A DNA stretch of 63,694 nt from Deltaproteobacteria bacterium. Its GTDB lineage: Bacteria > Myxococcota_A > Polyangia > Fen-1088. The position numbers were made by a program, and so were the translations under genes. The notes beneath the pieces were generated by a model. It was not told the DNA's origin and did not search any database. It saw nothing but the letters and a program-made list of their open reading frames with translations. Positions 19,959 through 28,227 of the stretch are shown here, in pieces. The stretch lies in contig JANRKS010000038.1 in NCBI GenBank assembly GCA_033763315.1, positions 1 to 63,694 on the forward strand, read 5' to 3'. Positions within the stretch are counted from its first letter, which is position 1, and each line of letters starts with the position of its first letter.

Positions 19959-21092
19959 ATGAAAGCTGCGAGCCTCACAGTGGCGCTTGTGGTCGGATCT
20001 TGTTGCACGTTACTCGCGTGCGGCGAACACCGGACGTCAACCTTTACGTGGTCACTGCCGCCAGGTTTTCCTGTGCCCGCTGTGCCAGCCGACAATCCCA
20101 TGACGAATGAGAAGGTGCAGTTGGGGCGTCGCTTGTTTTACGATGGCAGATTGTCGGGCAATGAAACGCAGTCGTGCGCTTCGTGTCACAAGCAGGAGCT
20201 GGCATTTAGCGATGGCATGCCCGCCGCCACGGGATCGACAGGCCAGATGACGCCGCGAGGTTCCATGGCTTTGGTGAACGTGGCTTACAACGGCACGCAA
20301 ACCTGGGCGAACCCTGCGCTGTTGTTGCTTGAGCAGCAGATACCCATTCCCATATTTGGTGAGCGGCCAGTCGAGTTAGGCGCCACAGGCAATGAGCCAC
20401 AAATCCTGGCGCGCTACATGGCTGATGTGTCTTATCCCCGGCAGTTTGCGCAGGCGTTTCCCGATGATCCCGCGCCCGTGTCGTTTGCGAACATCACCAA
20501 GGCGCTGGCTGCTTTTCTGCGCACGTTGATCTCGGGCAATTCCGCTTTCGATCGATACACGTACCAGAACGACAAAACGGCCATGTCGGCTTCGGCGTTG
20601 CGCGGCTTAGAGCTGTTCTTCACCGAGCGGCTTGAATGCTTTCATTGCCACGGCGGCTTTAACTTTTCATCGTCCACAACCCAGGCCGATGCAGCGTTTA
20701 CCGAGCGTGCGTTTCACAACAATGGCCTTTACAACATTGGCGGCGCCGGGAGTTATCCGCCGGGCAACCGAGGCGTCTTTGAAATCACCGGCGTGCGCGA
20801 AGACATGGGCAAGTTCCGTGCACCCACGCTGCGCAACATCGCTTTGACGGCTCCTTATATGCACGATGGCAGCTTGGCGACGCTCGATGACGTGCTTGAT
20901 TTTTATGCGGCTGGCGGGCGCGTGATTGAAAGTGGTCCCTTGGCTGGCGATGGCCGGGCCAACCCCTTCAAGAGCCGCTTTGTGCCTGGTTTTGTGCTGA
21001 CAACCGAGGAGCGTGCGGACCTGATGGCGTTCCTGCAAAGCCTCACCGACACTTCGTTTGTGCAAAACCCCTCATTTGCGAAGCCGCTGTGA
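19959..21092 (+). CDS. mbnH: MbnH-family di-heme enzyme (bCcP/MauG superfamily, MXAN_0977 type)
   Basis: two CxxCH (CASCH, CFHCH), LGRRLFYD, FHNNGLYN, FRAPTLRNIALTAPYMHDGS; directly after mbnP. Confidence 0.92.
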   Translation: MKAASLTVALVVGSCCTLLACGEHRTSTFTWSLPPGFPVPAVPADNPMTNEKVQLGRRLFYDGRLSGNETQSCASCHKQELAFSDGMPAATGSTGQMTPRGSMALVNVAYNGTQTWANPALLLLEQQIPIPIFGERPVELGATGNEPQILARYMADVSYPRQFAQAFPDDPAPVSFANITKALAAFLRTLISGNSAFDRYTYQNDKTAMSASALRGLELFFTERLECFHCHGGFNFSSSTTQADAAFTERAFHNNGLYNIGGAGSYPPGNRGVFEITGVREDMGKFRAPTLRNIALTAPYMHDGSLATLDDVLDFYAAGGRVIESGPLAGDGRANPFKSRFVPGFVLTTEERADLMAFLQSLTDTSFVQNPSFAKPL

Positions 21093-21121
21093 TGTTGAGC
21101 CGCTAGGCTGAGGCACCTGCG

Positions 21122-21541
21122 ATGAATGCAAGTTGGATCCTGTCGTTGTGTGGTGGCGCCTTGATTGGCGTCGCTGCTTCGTTGCTGCTGGTGTTTGGCC
21201 GAGAGGTTGCGGGCATCAGCGGCATCTTTGCCGGCGCGATTTCTGCCGAGCCCGTGCAAGGCAAGTGGCGTCCCTGGTTTCTGGGGGGCTTGGTGCTGGG
21301 GGGCACGGTGTTGTGGTTGTTGCGGCCGATGTCGTTCGGGGCTGACGTGCGGTCGTGGCCTTATGTGTTGTTGGCCGGGGCGCTCGTGGGCGTGGGGACG
21401 CGGTTGTCGGGTGGATGCACAAGTGGCCACGGCGTGTGCGGGTTGAGCCGTCTTTCAGGTCGATCGCTCGTGGCCACGATCACGTTCATCACGACCGGGG
21501 TTGTGACGGTGTGGCTGCTCGGGCCCAAGGGGTGGCCATGA
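21122..21541 (+). CDS. YeeE/YedE-family (sulfur transport) membrane protein, half 1
   Basis: GGALIG, AGISGI, GTRLSGGCTSGHGVCG. Confidence 0.9.
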   Translation: MNASWILSLCGGALIGVAASLLLVFGREVAGISGIFAGAISAEPVQGKWRPWFLGGLVLGGTVLWLLRPMSFGADVRSWPYVLLAGALVGVGTRLSGGCTSGHGVCGLSRLSGRSLVATITFITTGVVTVWLLGPKGWP

Positions 21542-21990
21542 GACAGGCCTGGGTGGCGTTGGCGGCCGGATTTGTTTTCGCCTTGGGCCTGGGCCTTGGG
21601 GGCATGACGCAGCCCCTAAAGGTGACTGGGTTTTTGGATGTGTTCGGCCATTGGGATCCCTCGTTGATGTTTGTGATGGCCGGGGCGATCGCGGTGCACA
21701 TGCCCGTTGTTTTGTGGCAGCGGCGTAGGCAAGCGCGCGGCTTGATCGCCGCGCCAGAGGGGGGGTGTGGCCTGCCTGAAGAGGGCGCCAAGCTGTGGGA
21801 TGCGAGGCTCGTGGGTGGAGCCGCGGTGTTTGGTGTGGGGTGGGGGCTTGGCGGCTTTTGCCCTGGCCCCGCCTTCGTGAGCGCTGGCGCCGGGACGCTT
21901 TCAGCCCTGGTTTTCGTGGTGGGTATGGCGGCCGCTATGTGGGCGCAGGCTTGGCTTAGCCGTGGCGCCCGGGCAGGCGGGCCCCGCTAG
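21538..21990 (+). CDS. YeeE/YedE-family membrane protein, half 2
   Basis: GGMTQPLKVTGFLD, WDPSLMFVM, FGVGWGLGGFCPGP; ATGA overlap. Confidence 0.9.
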   Translation: MRQAWVALAAGFVFALGLGLGGMTQPLKVTGFLDVFGHWDPSLMFVMAGAIAVHMPVVLWQRRRQARGLIAAPEGGCGLPEEGAKLWDARLVGGAAVFGVGWGLGGFCPGPAFVSAGAGTLSALVFVVGMAAAMWAQAWLSRGARAGGPR

Positions 21991-22580
21991 CCGCCACGCT
22001 TGGGCACCACCCGCGCAATGTACGTGGCCAAGCTGCAAACCCCCAACCCCGCCGTCACAGACGCCAACCCCCAAGGCGCCGGCCTGCCCAGCAAGATGAC
22101 CATCGCCGTGGCGAACTGAAGCACCGTCGTGGCCTTACCCAGGTTGTTTGCGCGGTAGTTGTAGCGACCCTGTCTACGCAACCTGGGTGCAAGCGCGTAG
22201 ATGGTGATGGAGGCCAACTGCAGCCACTCCCGCAACAGCAACAGGCCAACGAGCCGCGCGGGTGCCCCGAAATGCCACACCAGCCCCCCGAGCACGCAGC
22301 CTATAAAGAGCTTGTCGCACAAAGGGTCCAGCCAATCCCCCCGCGGAAAATCAACCTGGGTCGGTTTTCTGGCCGCCGAAGCCCCTGCGAAATCAACCTG
22401 GGTGCTTTTCCCGGACGGGGTGCTTTTCCCGGACGCGCGGCGGGCCACCCAGCCGTCGAGAATGTCGGTTAATGCGGCGGTGGCTATAAGGACGGTGCCG
22501 ACCGAGGCCGAGCGGGCCAGTAACAAGAACAACATCCCCAAGGGCAGCCGCGACAAAGAGAGCAGATCGGCCCACGGCAT
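21987..22580 (-). CDS. CDP-alcohol phosphatidyltransferase carrying a ~25-aa in-frame insertion
   Basis: ADLLSLSR, TDILDGWVAR...GDWLDPLCDK signature, LLLLREW, GKATTVLQ. Confidence 0.88.
   Translation of the reverse strand: MPWADLLSLSRLPLGMLFLLLARSASVGTVLIATAALTDILDGWVARRASGKSTPSGKSTQVDFAGASAARKPTQVDFPRGDWLDPLCDKLFIGCVLGGLVWHFGAPARLVGLLLLREWLQLASITIYALAPRLRRQGRYNYRANNLGKATTVLQFATAMVILLGRPAPWGLASVTAGLGVCSLATYIARVVPKRGG
22400..22435 (+). repeat. perfect 18-bp tandem duplication GGGTGCTTTTCCCGGACG x2
   Basis: 22400-22417 = 22418-22435; starts inside the GGGT end of the motif copy at 22390; encodes SGKSTP/SGKSTQ. Confidence 0.9.
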
Positions 22581-22637
22581 GCGCCGAGCATACCGCAGGC
22601 CGCTGGTCGGGCACTCGCAGTCAGGTGTTGATGAGAA

Positions 22638-23288
22638 TTAATCGAGTATCGGTGCGCCGCCGCTTAGTTCAGGTGCCGGGCGGTTAGAAATCGGCAAGGG
22701 TGGCGGAAGTGCGGTCCTGCTGGGCAATTCGCTAGACTTGACAGCCGTTTCTTGTACGGGCGATCGGCGCACCTTGCGGTGTATTGACCCGGTCCGGAGC
22801 CCCTCCTGTTTCGGAGCGGATGAGGGGCCTTGAACGGGGGTTATGTCCGATAGAGCGGTCCCGCCGTTGCCGGTCCCAGCCGGGGTGACAGGCCTAGATG
22901 CTGGCAACAAACTGGGTTTAGCAGGCAGGTTCTTGTCCGAAGACGGGGGGTCTGATGATCGCCCGTAAATTGACAGGGCTAACACAATCATCGCCGCCAG
23001 AAGCAGCGGAACCGCTATGAAGGAGTAAAGTCGCCATCTGCGTAGCCGCCTGAAATGAGCGAGCTCCAAATCAAGCGTGGTTTCATTCGAACGAGCGCCA
23101 GCGGAGCGTGAGGCAACATCAGACAAGAGGGCCTTGAGGTCACCCACTTCTTTGGCGAAGGCTTCAAGTTGCGCGGCCATCGTCTCCAAGGCATGCGTTA
23201 CACCCGGCGCAGGCAGCCCGCCCGCCGGAGTCGCCCCCTGCGAAGCGAAGGAGCCACTTCTTCGTCCGGTTCGTCTTTTGCCGCTCAT
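22638..23288 (-). CDS. hypothetical single-TM protein with coiled coil and Pro/Ser-rich tail
   Basis: GAGG RBS before ATG, basic patch followed by a TM helix; no family recognised. Confidence 0.5.
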   Translation of the reverse strand: MSGKRRTGRRSGSFASQGATPAGGLPAPGVTHALETMAAQLEAFAKEVGDLKALLSDVASRSAGARSNETTLDLELAHFRRLRRWRLYSFIAVPLLLAAMIVLALSIYGRSSDPPSSDKNLPAKPSLLPASRPVTPAGTGNGGTALSDITPVQGPSSAPKQEGLRTGSIHRKVRRSPVQETAVKSSELPSRTALPPPLPISNRPAPELSGGAPILD

Positions 23289-23454
23289 AGCCGTTTCCTC
23301 ATTATCGGCCCAGCCGGTTCCAAAGTTGCTTAGAAAATCAACCCGGGTCGTGTGCCTGCAAGGCTCCAACTACCAGCCGTTCCCGAAATCAACCTGGGTG
23401 CTGCAGCGCTGTCGTTTTTGAGCAACTTCGTCGGGGAGTCGTCGATAGGTGGGT

Positions 23455-24363
23455 ATGTCACTCCCGCGACAAATTCTTGCTGGTCGAACCTATATGATCA
23501 CTCGGCGCTGCCTGCAGCGGATGTTCCTGTTGCGTCCTGACGACGAGACCACAAATGCGTTCATCTATTGTCTCGCCATCGCTTCGAAACGGTCTGGCAT
23601 CGCTGTTCATGGCTTCCTCGCGAGTAGCAACCACTACCATGCAGTGATCACCGACGTGCTTGGGCTCTTGCCGGAGTTCCTTGAATATTTTCACCGTTTG
23701 CTCGCAAAGCACCAGAACGCCTTGCATGGGCGTTGTGAAAATATGTGGAGCTGCGAGAAAACCTCGGTCGTTTGGCTGGTATCACCCGACGACATCATTG
23801 AAAAGCTGGTTTACACGCTTGCCAATCCGGTCAAGGACCAGCTCGTTGAACAGGCTCATCACTGGCCCGGGGCGACCTCTTATCACGCCACCTTGCACGG
23901 CAAAGTTCTCACAGCCTCGCGGCCGCGCAGGTTCTTTCGGACAAATGGCAAGTTGCCTCCGTTCGCGGCTCTTGCTTGTGTTCCGCCACAGGTTTGGCAG
24001 GGAGAGGCTCAGCCTCAGTTTGTCGAAACTTTGAAAGAGAGGATTCGTGACGTGGAGCTGGCCGCGGCAAAAGAGCGGCAGCGTTTGGGCAGCAAAGTTA
24101 TTGGACGTAAAGCAATTCTTTCGCAGTCGCCCACAGATTCACCATCAAGTCCACGCACCCGAAACAAATTGCGGCCAGTGCTGGCAGCCAAGAACGTGCA
24201 ACACAGAAACGCAGCCCTGGCAGAGTTGCGGCGCTTTCGCAACGCTTACCTCGTTGCCCGCGAAGCCTGGCGTTCGGACAAGACCCAGGAGTTTCCAATA
24301 GGCACGTGGTGGATCGCGAGATACGCCGGCGCTCGCTGCGCACCGGGCGGCCCGTCGGTATGA
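23455..24363 (+). mobile_element. rayT: HUH/Y1 transposase, REP-associated tyrosine transposase (RAYT / TnpA-REP)-like
   Basis: N-terminal PRQ..GRTYMITRRC, HUH motif SNHYH, catalytic Tyr in YTLANPVK, HHWPG; about 300 aa with C-terminal extension; no tnpB. Confidence 0.85.
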
Positions 24364-24366
24364 TGC

Positions 24367-27300
24367 CTATTTCAGACGTTCAAGCTGTTTCTCAACAGCT
24401 GGACGGTCGGGGGCATCGGTGGGTGCAAGCGTCAGGTATTTCGTCAGCGCCTCGGCGGCGTTCTTCCTGGAACCGGCTTGCAGTTCCGCAAAACCCAACT
24501 GAAAAAACACATCTGCGGCCCAAGGCTTGTCTTCCGGCACGTCAGCCGAAGCGCGCCGCAAGTACTCAAGCGCCTGCTTGCTTTGGCTGCGATCCATGAG
24601 CAGGCGTCCGAGCTTATAAAGCGCTTCGGTATGCTTGGGCTGCAGCCTGACCACGTTCCGCCAAGCGTCCGCGGCTTTATCACTTTCGCCCAAGGTGTCG
24701 TGGGCATTTCCCATCAGCAGGTAGGCTTCGAAAAGCTCTGGATCGATGCCAACGGCGGCCGTGAAATCACTGATGGCCTTATCAGGTTTTGCCCGCTTTA
24801 ATAGGACGCGACCGTGTTCAAGGTGCGCCTCTGCCAAAGCGAACGCTTCACGAAACGCGACCATGGCGTCGTCCTCCTTGCCCGCCTGGTTCAACACCTT
24901 GCCGAATGCCAACTGCACTTCGGGTGTGTTCTCATAACTTGTGGCCCGACGATATTCGCCAATGGCCTTGCCTAGCTCGCCCTGCTTTTCACGTAGTTGA
25001 CCCAATCCGAAAAGCGCCCCCGGCGTCTGCGGTGCATCCTCCACCACCTTCTCCAAGTGTTTGGCAGCCTTCTCGAGGTTGCCCATCTGCAGGGCGAGAC
25101 GACCGATGGCGACTTGAACTTCTGGCCCAGCTTTGCCCGAAGCCAAGGCGGCTTCGTACTGGGACATCGCTTCGTCTTTTTCGCCTAGTTGTAGAGACAG
25201 TGCAGCCAGGCGCTCGCGCAGACCGTCGGTGTTGGGGCTTTGCACCAACAACTCATCTAGCTCGAGTTTGGCTTCACCCACGCGTCCTTGCGCTTCCAAT
25301 GACGAAGCCAGTCCTAGGCGAGCCGCCGTGAGCGCTGGATCAGAGCTCAAAACCTTGCGGAAAACTTGTTCGGCTCGATCCGGTTGTTTGGCAACAATGA
25401 GCGCTTGGCCCCACGCAATTTGAAGCACGGAAGAAGGAGCCCCTGCGTTTTCGGCGGCCTTGAGAATTTTCAACGAGTCGGCGGCACGGTTCGTTCGCTG
25501 CAACAATGCAGCGAGACGCAAAGAGGCAGGTACGAACGCAGGGGTCAACTTTAAGGCTTGAGCGTATTGTTCCTCCGCCGCCCGCAGATCGGGATTGACG
25601 GCTTCCTCCGCCGCCCAGGCTTTGAAGAAGGGGCCGCGGGGATCCCGCGGGGCCATGGGCAAAGCCTTCTCGATGAGAGGAAGGCCTTCCGAAGCACGGT
25701 GCGTGGCAATCTGGGCGCCACCCAACGCGAACAACCCGTCAAGCTTCTTGGTTGCTTCTATGGCCACGCTCTGCGCGCGCGCGAGTGCCTCGTTGAATCG
25801 CCCTTCCGCGAGGAGTGTCTCCGAAAGGGCAATGCTTGCGTCGACGTTGCCAGGATCAGCTGCCAACGCTTGTGCATAGGCCTTGTTCGGGATGGCCGTT
25901 TTGCCTAGAGCCGCAGCCGTCCGGCCCTTAAGAACGTGGACCGCCGCGATCTCCGCGCCCGAAGCGTCCGTGGCGTTCAAGACGGCCAGCCGTTCAAGTT
26001 TCTCCAGCAGAATGGTTGGCTTTAAGTCCTGCGTGCGCAATGCACCGAGCGCCGCAGCGACGTGCTGTGGATTGGCCGCCGCCACCTTCGTGAATGCAGC
26101 ATTGGCCTTCTGCGTTTGGCCCGCGGCCTCGTAAGCGCGTGCCAACATGTATTGAGGCAATAAGCGCCCAGGTTGCTGCGAGACCGCGATTTCGAAGGTG
26201 CTGGCGGCTGACGCAGGGCTTCCGGAAGCCATCTGTTTGAAACCGATGATCAGCCGCGCGCCAACGCTATCTTCAATGCCGGCAAGCAACGGCTCTGCCC
26301 TTTGGGGTTTGCCTTGCGCGACCTCAAGCAAAGCGCGTGCTCTTCTTTCAACCTGGGTTGGTTCCGGAGTCTGCAAGATTTGGGATAGCGCTTGCTCGGC
26401 CTCTAACATCGCGCTTTTGGGAGCGCCGCGAGCAATCCGAGCGAGCAAGAGGAGCTCAGCAGCTTGTGCCCTCAACTCGTCGCCCTTCGATTCAATTGCT
26501 GCCTGTTGCAACAAGGCGGCAGCAGCCTGCTTGTATGAGGGAAACGAATCGCGTTCTAGCTGAGCGGCGAAGGGGGCCAGGGTTGTATCGGGCGATGCGC
26601 CTCGCTTAAGCATCGGCAAAATGAAGAATATGGCTGCGGCTGTGACCAAAGCCAGTGCGGCCCCTATGCCGCCCAGCAGCCGCAAGTTGATGGGACGGCG
26701 GCGTTTGGTTTGCTCCGGTCCGCCTTCGGCGCGATGGGGACTGAGCTCGGGAATCGCGTCTTCGAGGACGCCCATTGCATTCACTTCGATGGCGGGCAAT
26801 GCCGAGGAGGGCACCACCGTTGTGCTCGGAGACGATGGATTTTGGGCGTGAGCTCCTTCAATGTCCAAGCGAAAGCCGAGCCCGCCATCGATGGTCTGCT
26901 CACCCGGCTGAACGGGCACGCTTAGATCCGGAAGCCCCCTTGTGTGAGCGGAAGGCGAGGTGTCGGACATATCGCTCAACAGGTCCAGATCCAACCCGGG
27001 TGCACCCGCCGCCGCCTTCGGGACCCCGCCAATCCCCAATATCGTCGCCCCACCATTGGCCGTCGTTGGGGGCAGATCCATGTCGGGCGAAAGATCGAGG
27101 TCGAGGCCATCAAGAGCCGGCGCGGGGCGACCTTGTGCCGACGCTCCCAGGTTGAGTGGAGTCAGCGGACTTGCGCTCGTGGGCTCCGGCGTCCGCTCCC
27201 TGTCTTGAGAGGCACCCAGGTTGATTCTGGCGAGGGCGATGGGAGTGGCCGGAATGCGTGAATCCACCCGCTGGACAGCGCTGCGCGGCACAGGCAGGTT

Positions 27301-27909
27301 CGGTTGCGGGATTGCCTCTCGCGGTGCCGGCAAGTTGGGTAACGGCACTGCCTCCCTAGCCGCGGGGAGATTACCCAGGTTGATTTTCCCGGCCGGTTGA
27401 GGCACCGCTTCGCGCGCGGCCGGCAGATTGGGAGCCGGAATCGCCTCCCGCGGCGCCGGCAGATTTGGCTGAGCAACGGCTTCCCGGGGGGCTGGCAGAT
27501 CTTGAACGCGTGGGGGAGGCAACGGCGGCGGAGCGCCTTTGGACGCTGGAAGGTTGGGCATAGGGATCGCCTCCCGTGGCGCCGGAAAATCAACCTGGGT
27601 CAGTGGCTGCCCTCCCAGGTCAAATCCAGGTTGAGGGGGGGCGAGGCCCAGCGAGGGAGAAGGTATGGCCTCCCGAGGCGCTGGCAAGTTACTCATGCTG
27701 CGGGGGCGCCCGGGAAGCTCGGGGTCTTCACGGCTCTCAACCACCAAAGCGGCGGCGCCGCCCGCCAGCACTTGCGACGGCAGCGGTTGTGGTCGGCCTT
27801 TGGCCGAGAAGCTGTGTCCGCAAGTGGCACACCGATGGTGCTCTCCGGACCCCGGCGCTGCGGCAGGCTGTGCTCGACCGCATTTTGGACAGAAGACTTG
27901 AGCTGACAC
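24367..27909 (-). CDS. large zinc-ribbon / Pro-rich repeat / TM / multi-TPR protein
   Basis: N-terminal CPKC..CATC, NLPAPREAIP repeats, TM LLGGIGAALALVTAAAIFFILP, long TPR array. Confidence 0.88.
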   Translation of the reverse strand: MSAQVFCPKCGRAQPAAAPGSGEHHRCATCGHSFSAKGRPQPLPSQVLAGGAAALVVESREDPELPGRPRSMSNLPAPREAIPSPSLGLAPPQPGFDLGGQPLTQVDFPAPREAIPMPNLPASKGAPPPLPPPRVQDLPAPREAVAQPNLPAPREAIPAPNLPAAREAVPQPAGKINLGNLPAAREAVPLPNLPAPREAIPQPNLPVPRSAVQRVDSRIPATPIALARINLGASQDRERTPEPTSASPLTPLNLGASAQGRPAPALDGLDLDLSPDMDLPPTTANGGATILGIGGVPKAAAGAPGLDLDLLSDMSDTSPSAHTRGLPDLSVPVQPGEQTIDGGLGFRLDIEGAHAQNPSSPSTTVVPSSALPAIEVNAMGVLEDAIPELSPHRAEGGPEQTKRRRPINLRLLGGIGAALALVTAAAIFFILPMLKRGASPDTTLAPFAAQLERDSFPSYKQAAAALLQQAAIESKGDELRAQAAELLLLARIARGAPKSAMLEAEQALSQILQTPEPTQVERRARALLEVAQGKPQRAEPLLAGIEDSVGARLIIGFKQMASGSPASAASTFEIAVSQQPGRLLPQYMLARAYEAAGQTQKANAAFTKVAAANPQHVAAALGALRTQDLKPTILLEKLERLAVLNATDASGAEIAAVHVLKGRTAAALGKTAIPNKAYAQALAADPGNVDASIALSETLLAEGRFNEALARAQSVAIEATKKLDGLFALGGAQIATHRASEGLPLIEKALPMAPRDPRGPFFKAWAAEEAVNPDLRAAEEQYAQALKLTPAFVPASLRLAALLQRTNRAADSLKILKAAENAGAPSSVLQIAWGQALIVAKQPDRAEQVFRKVLSSDPALTAARLGLASSLEAQGRVGEAKLELDELLVQSPNTDGLRERLAALSLQLGEKDEAMSQYEAALASGKAGPEVQVAIGRLALQMGNLEKAAKHLEKVVEDAPQTPGALFGLGQLREKQGELGKAIGEYRRATSYENTPEVQLAFGKVLNQAGKEDDAMVAFREAFALAEAHLEHGRVLLKRAKPDKAISDFTAAVGIDPELFEAYLLMGNAHDTLGESDKAADAWRNVVRLQPKHTEALYKLGRLLMDRSQSKQALEYLRRASADVPEDKPWAADVFFQLGFAELQAGSRKNAAEALTKYLTLAPTDAPDRPAVEKQLERLK
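27285..27690 (-). repeat. coding repeat of about 12 aa / 36 bp, (N/D)LPA(P/A)REA(I/V)PxP
   Basis: about 8 imperfect units visible in the translation. Confidence 0.85.
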
Positions 27910-28227
27910 CGAAAAGACGTCCCGGGTTGAGTTTCCTCGTCGCCGCTAATGCAGGATCCTGGAGCGGCCCTTCGAAAAGTTCGGCGCTTTAGGTGGCTTC
28001 TTTAGCCCGCCGCATCCCTTTTCTCGCGTAGCGGCAAATTTTGAACGCCTCCGCCGGAAGCCGAAAGATCAACCTGGGTGCGCAGCTAAGAAAATCAACC
28101 CGGGTTCGGGTCCCCACGCAAGGTCGACCCTCCCTCCACCCCGGCTGCTGTGCCCAGCCACCTGGAAATCAACCTGGGTTCGGGTAGAGGACTTGGAAGG
28201 GCAGGCTGTGCCTGTTAAAAACGCGGG

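Larger units (their letters stand above)
22348..28179. repeat. dispersed 14-bp motif AAATCAACC(T/C)GGGT clustered around the RAYT gene (at least 10 copies)
   Basis: exact copies at 22348, 22390, 23386, 27587, 28166 (+) and 27373-27386 (-); one mismatch at 23335, 28066, 28092 (+) and 27214-27227 (-); degenerate cores near 26348, 26988, 27146, 27920. Confidence 0.92.

Noticed and set aside
19076-21092. Methanobactin biosynthetic cluster
   Set aside because: Only mbnP/mbnH-like genes are present; no precursor, mbnB/mbnC or TonB-dependent transporter in the window.
23455-24363. Canonical IS200/IS605 insertion sequence or classical REP/BIME locus
   Set aside because: No tnpB; the protein is about twice IS200 TnpA length; only 3 bp separate its stop from the convergent TPR gene, leaving no right-end hairpin; no GTAG-footed palindromes seen.
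22348-28179. Motif clusters as a CRISPR mini-array
   Set aside because: The repeat is only 14 bp, spacers are irregular (28, 37, 12, 60 bp), orientations are mixed, copies lie inside genes, and no cas genes are present.
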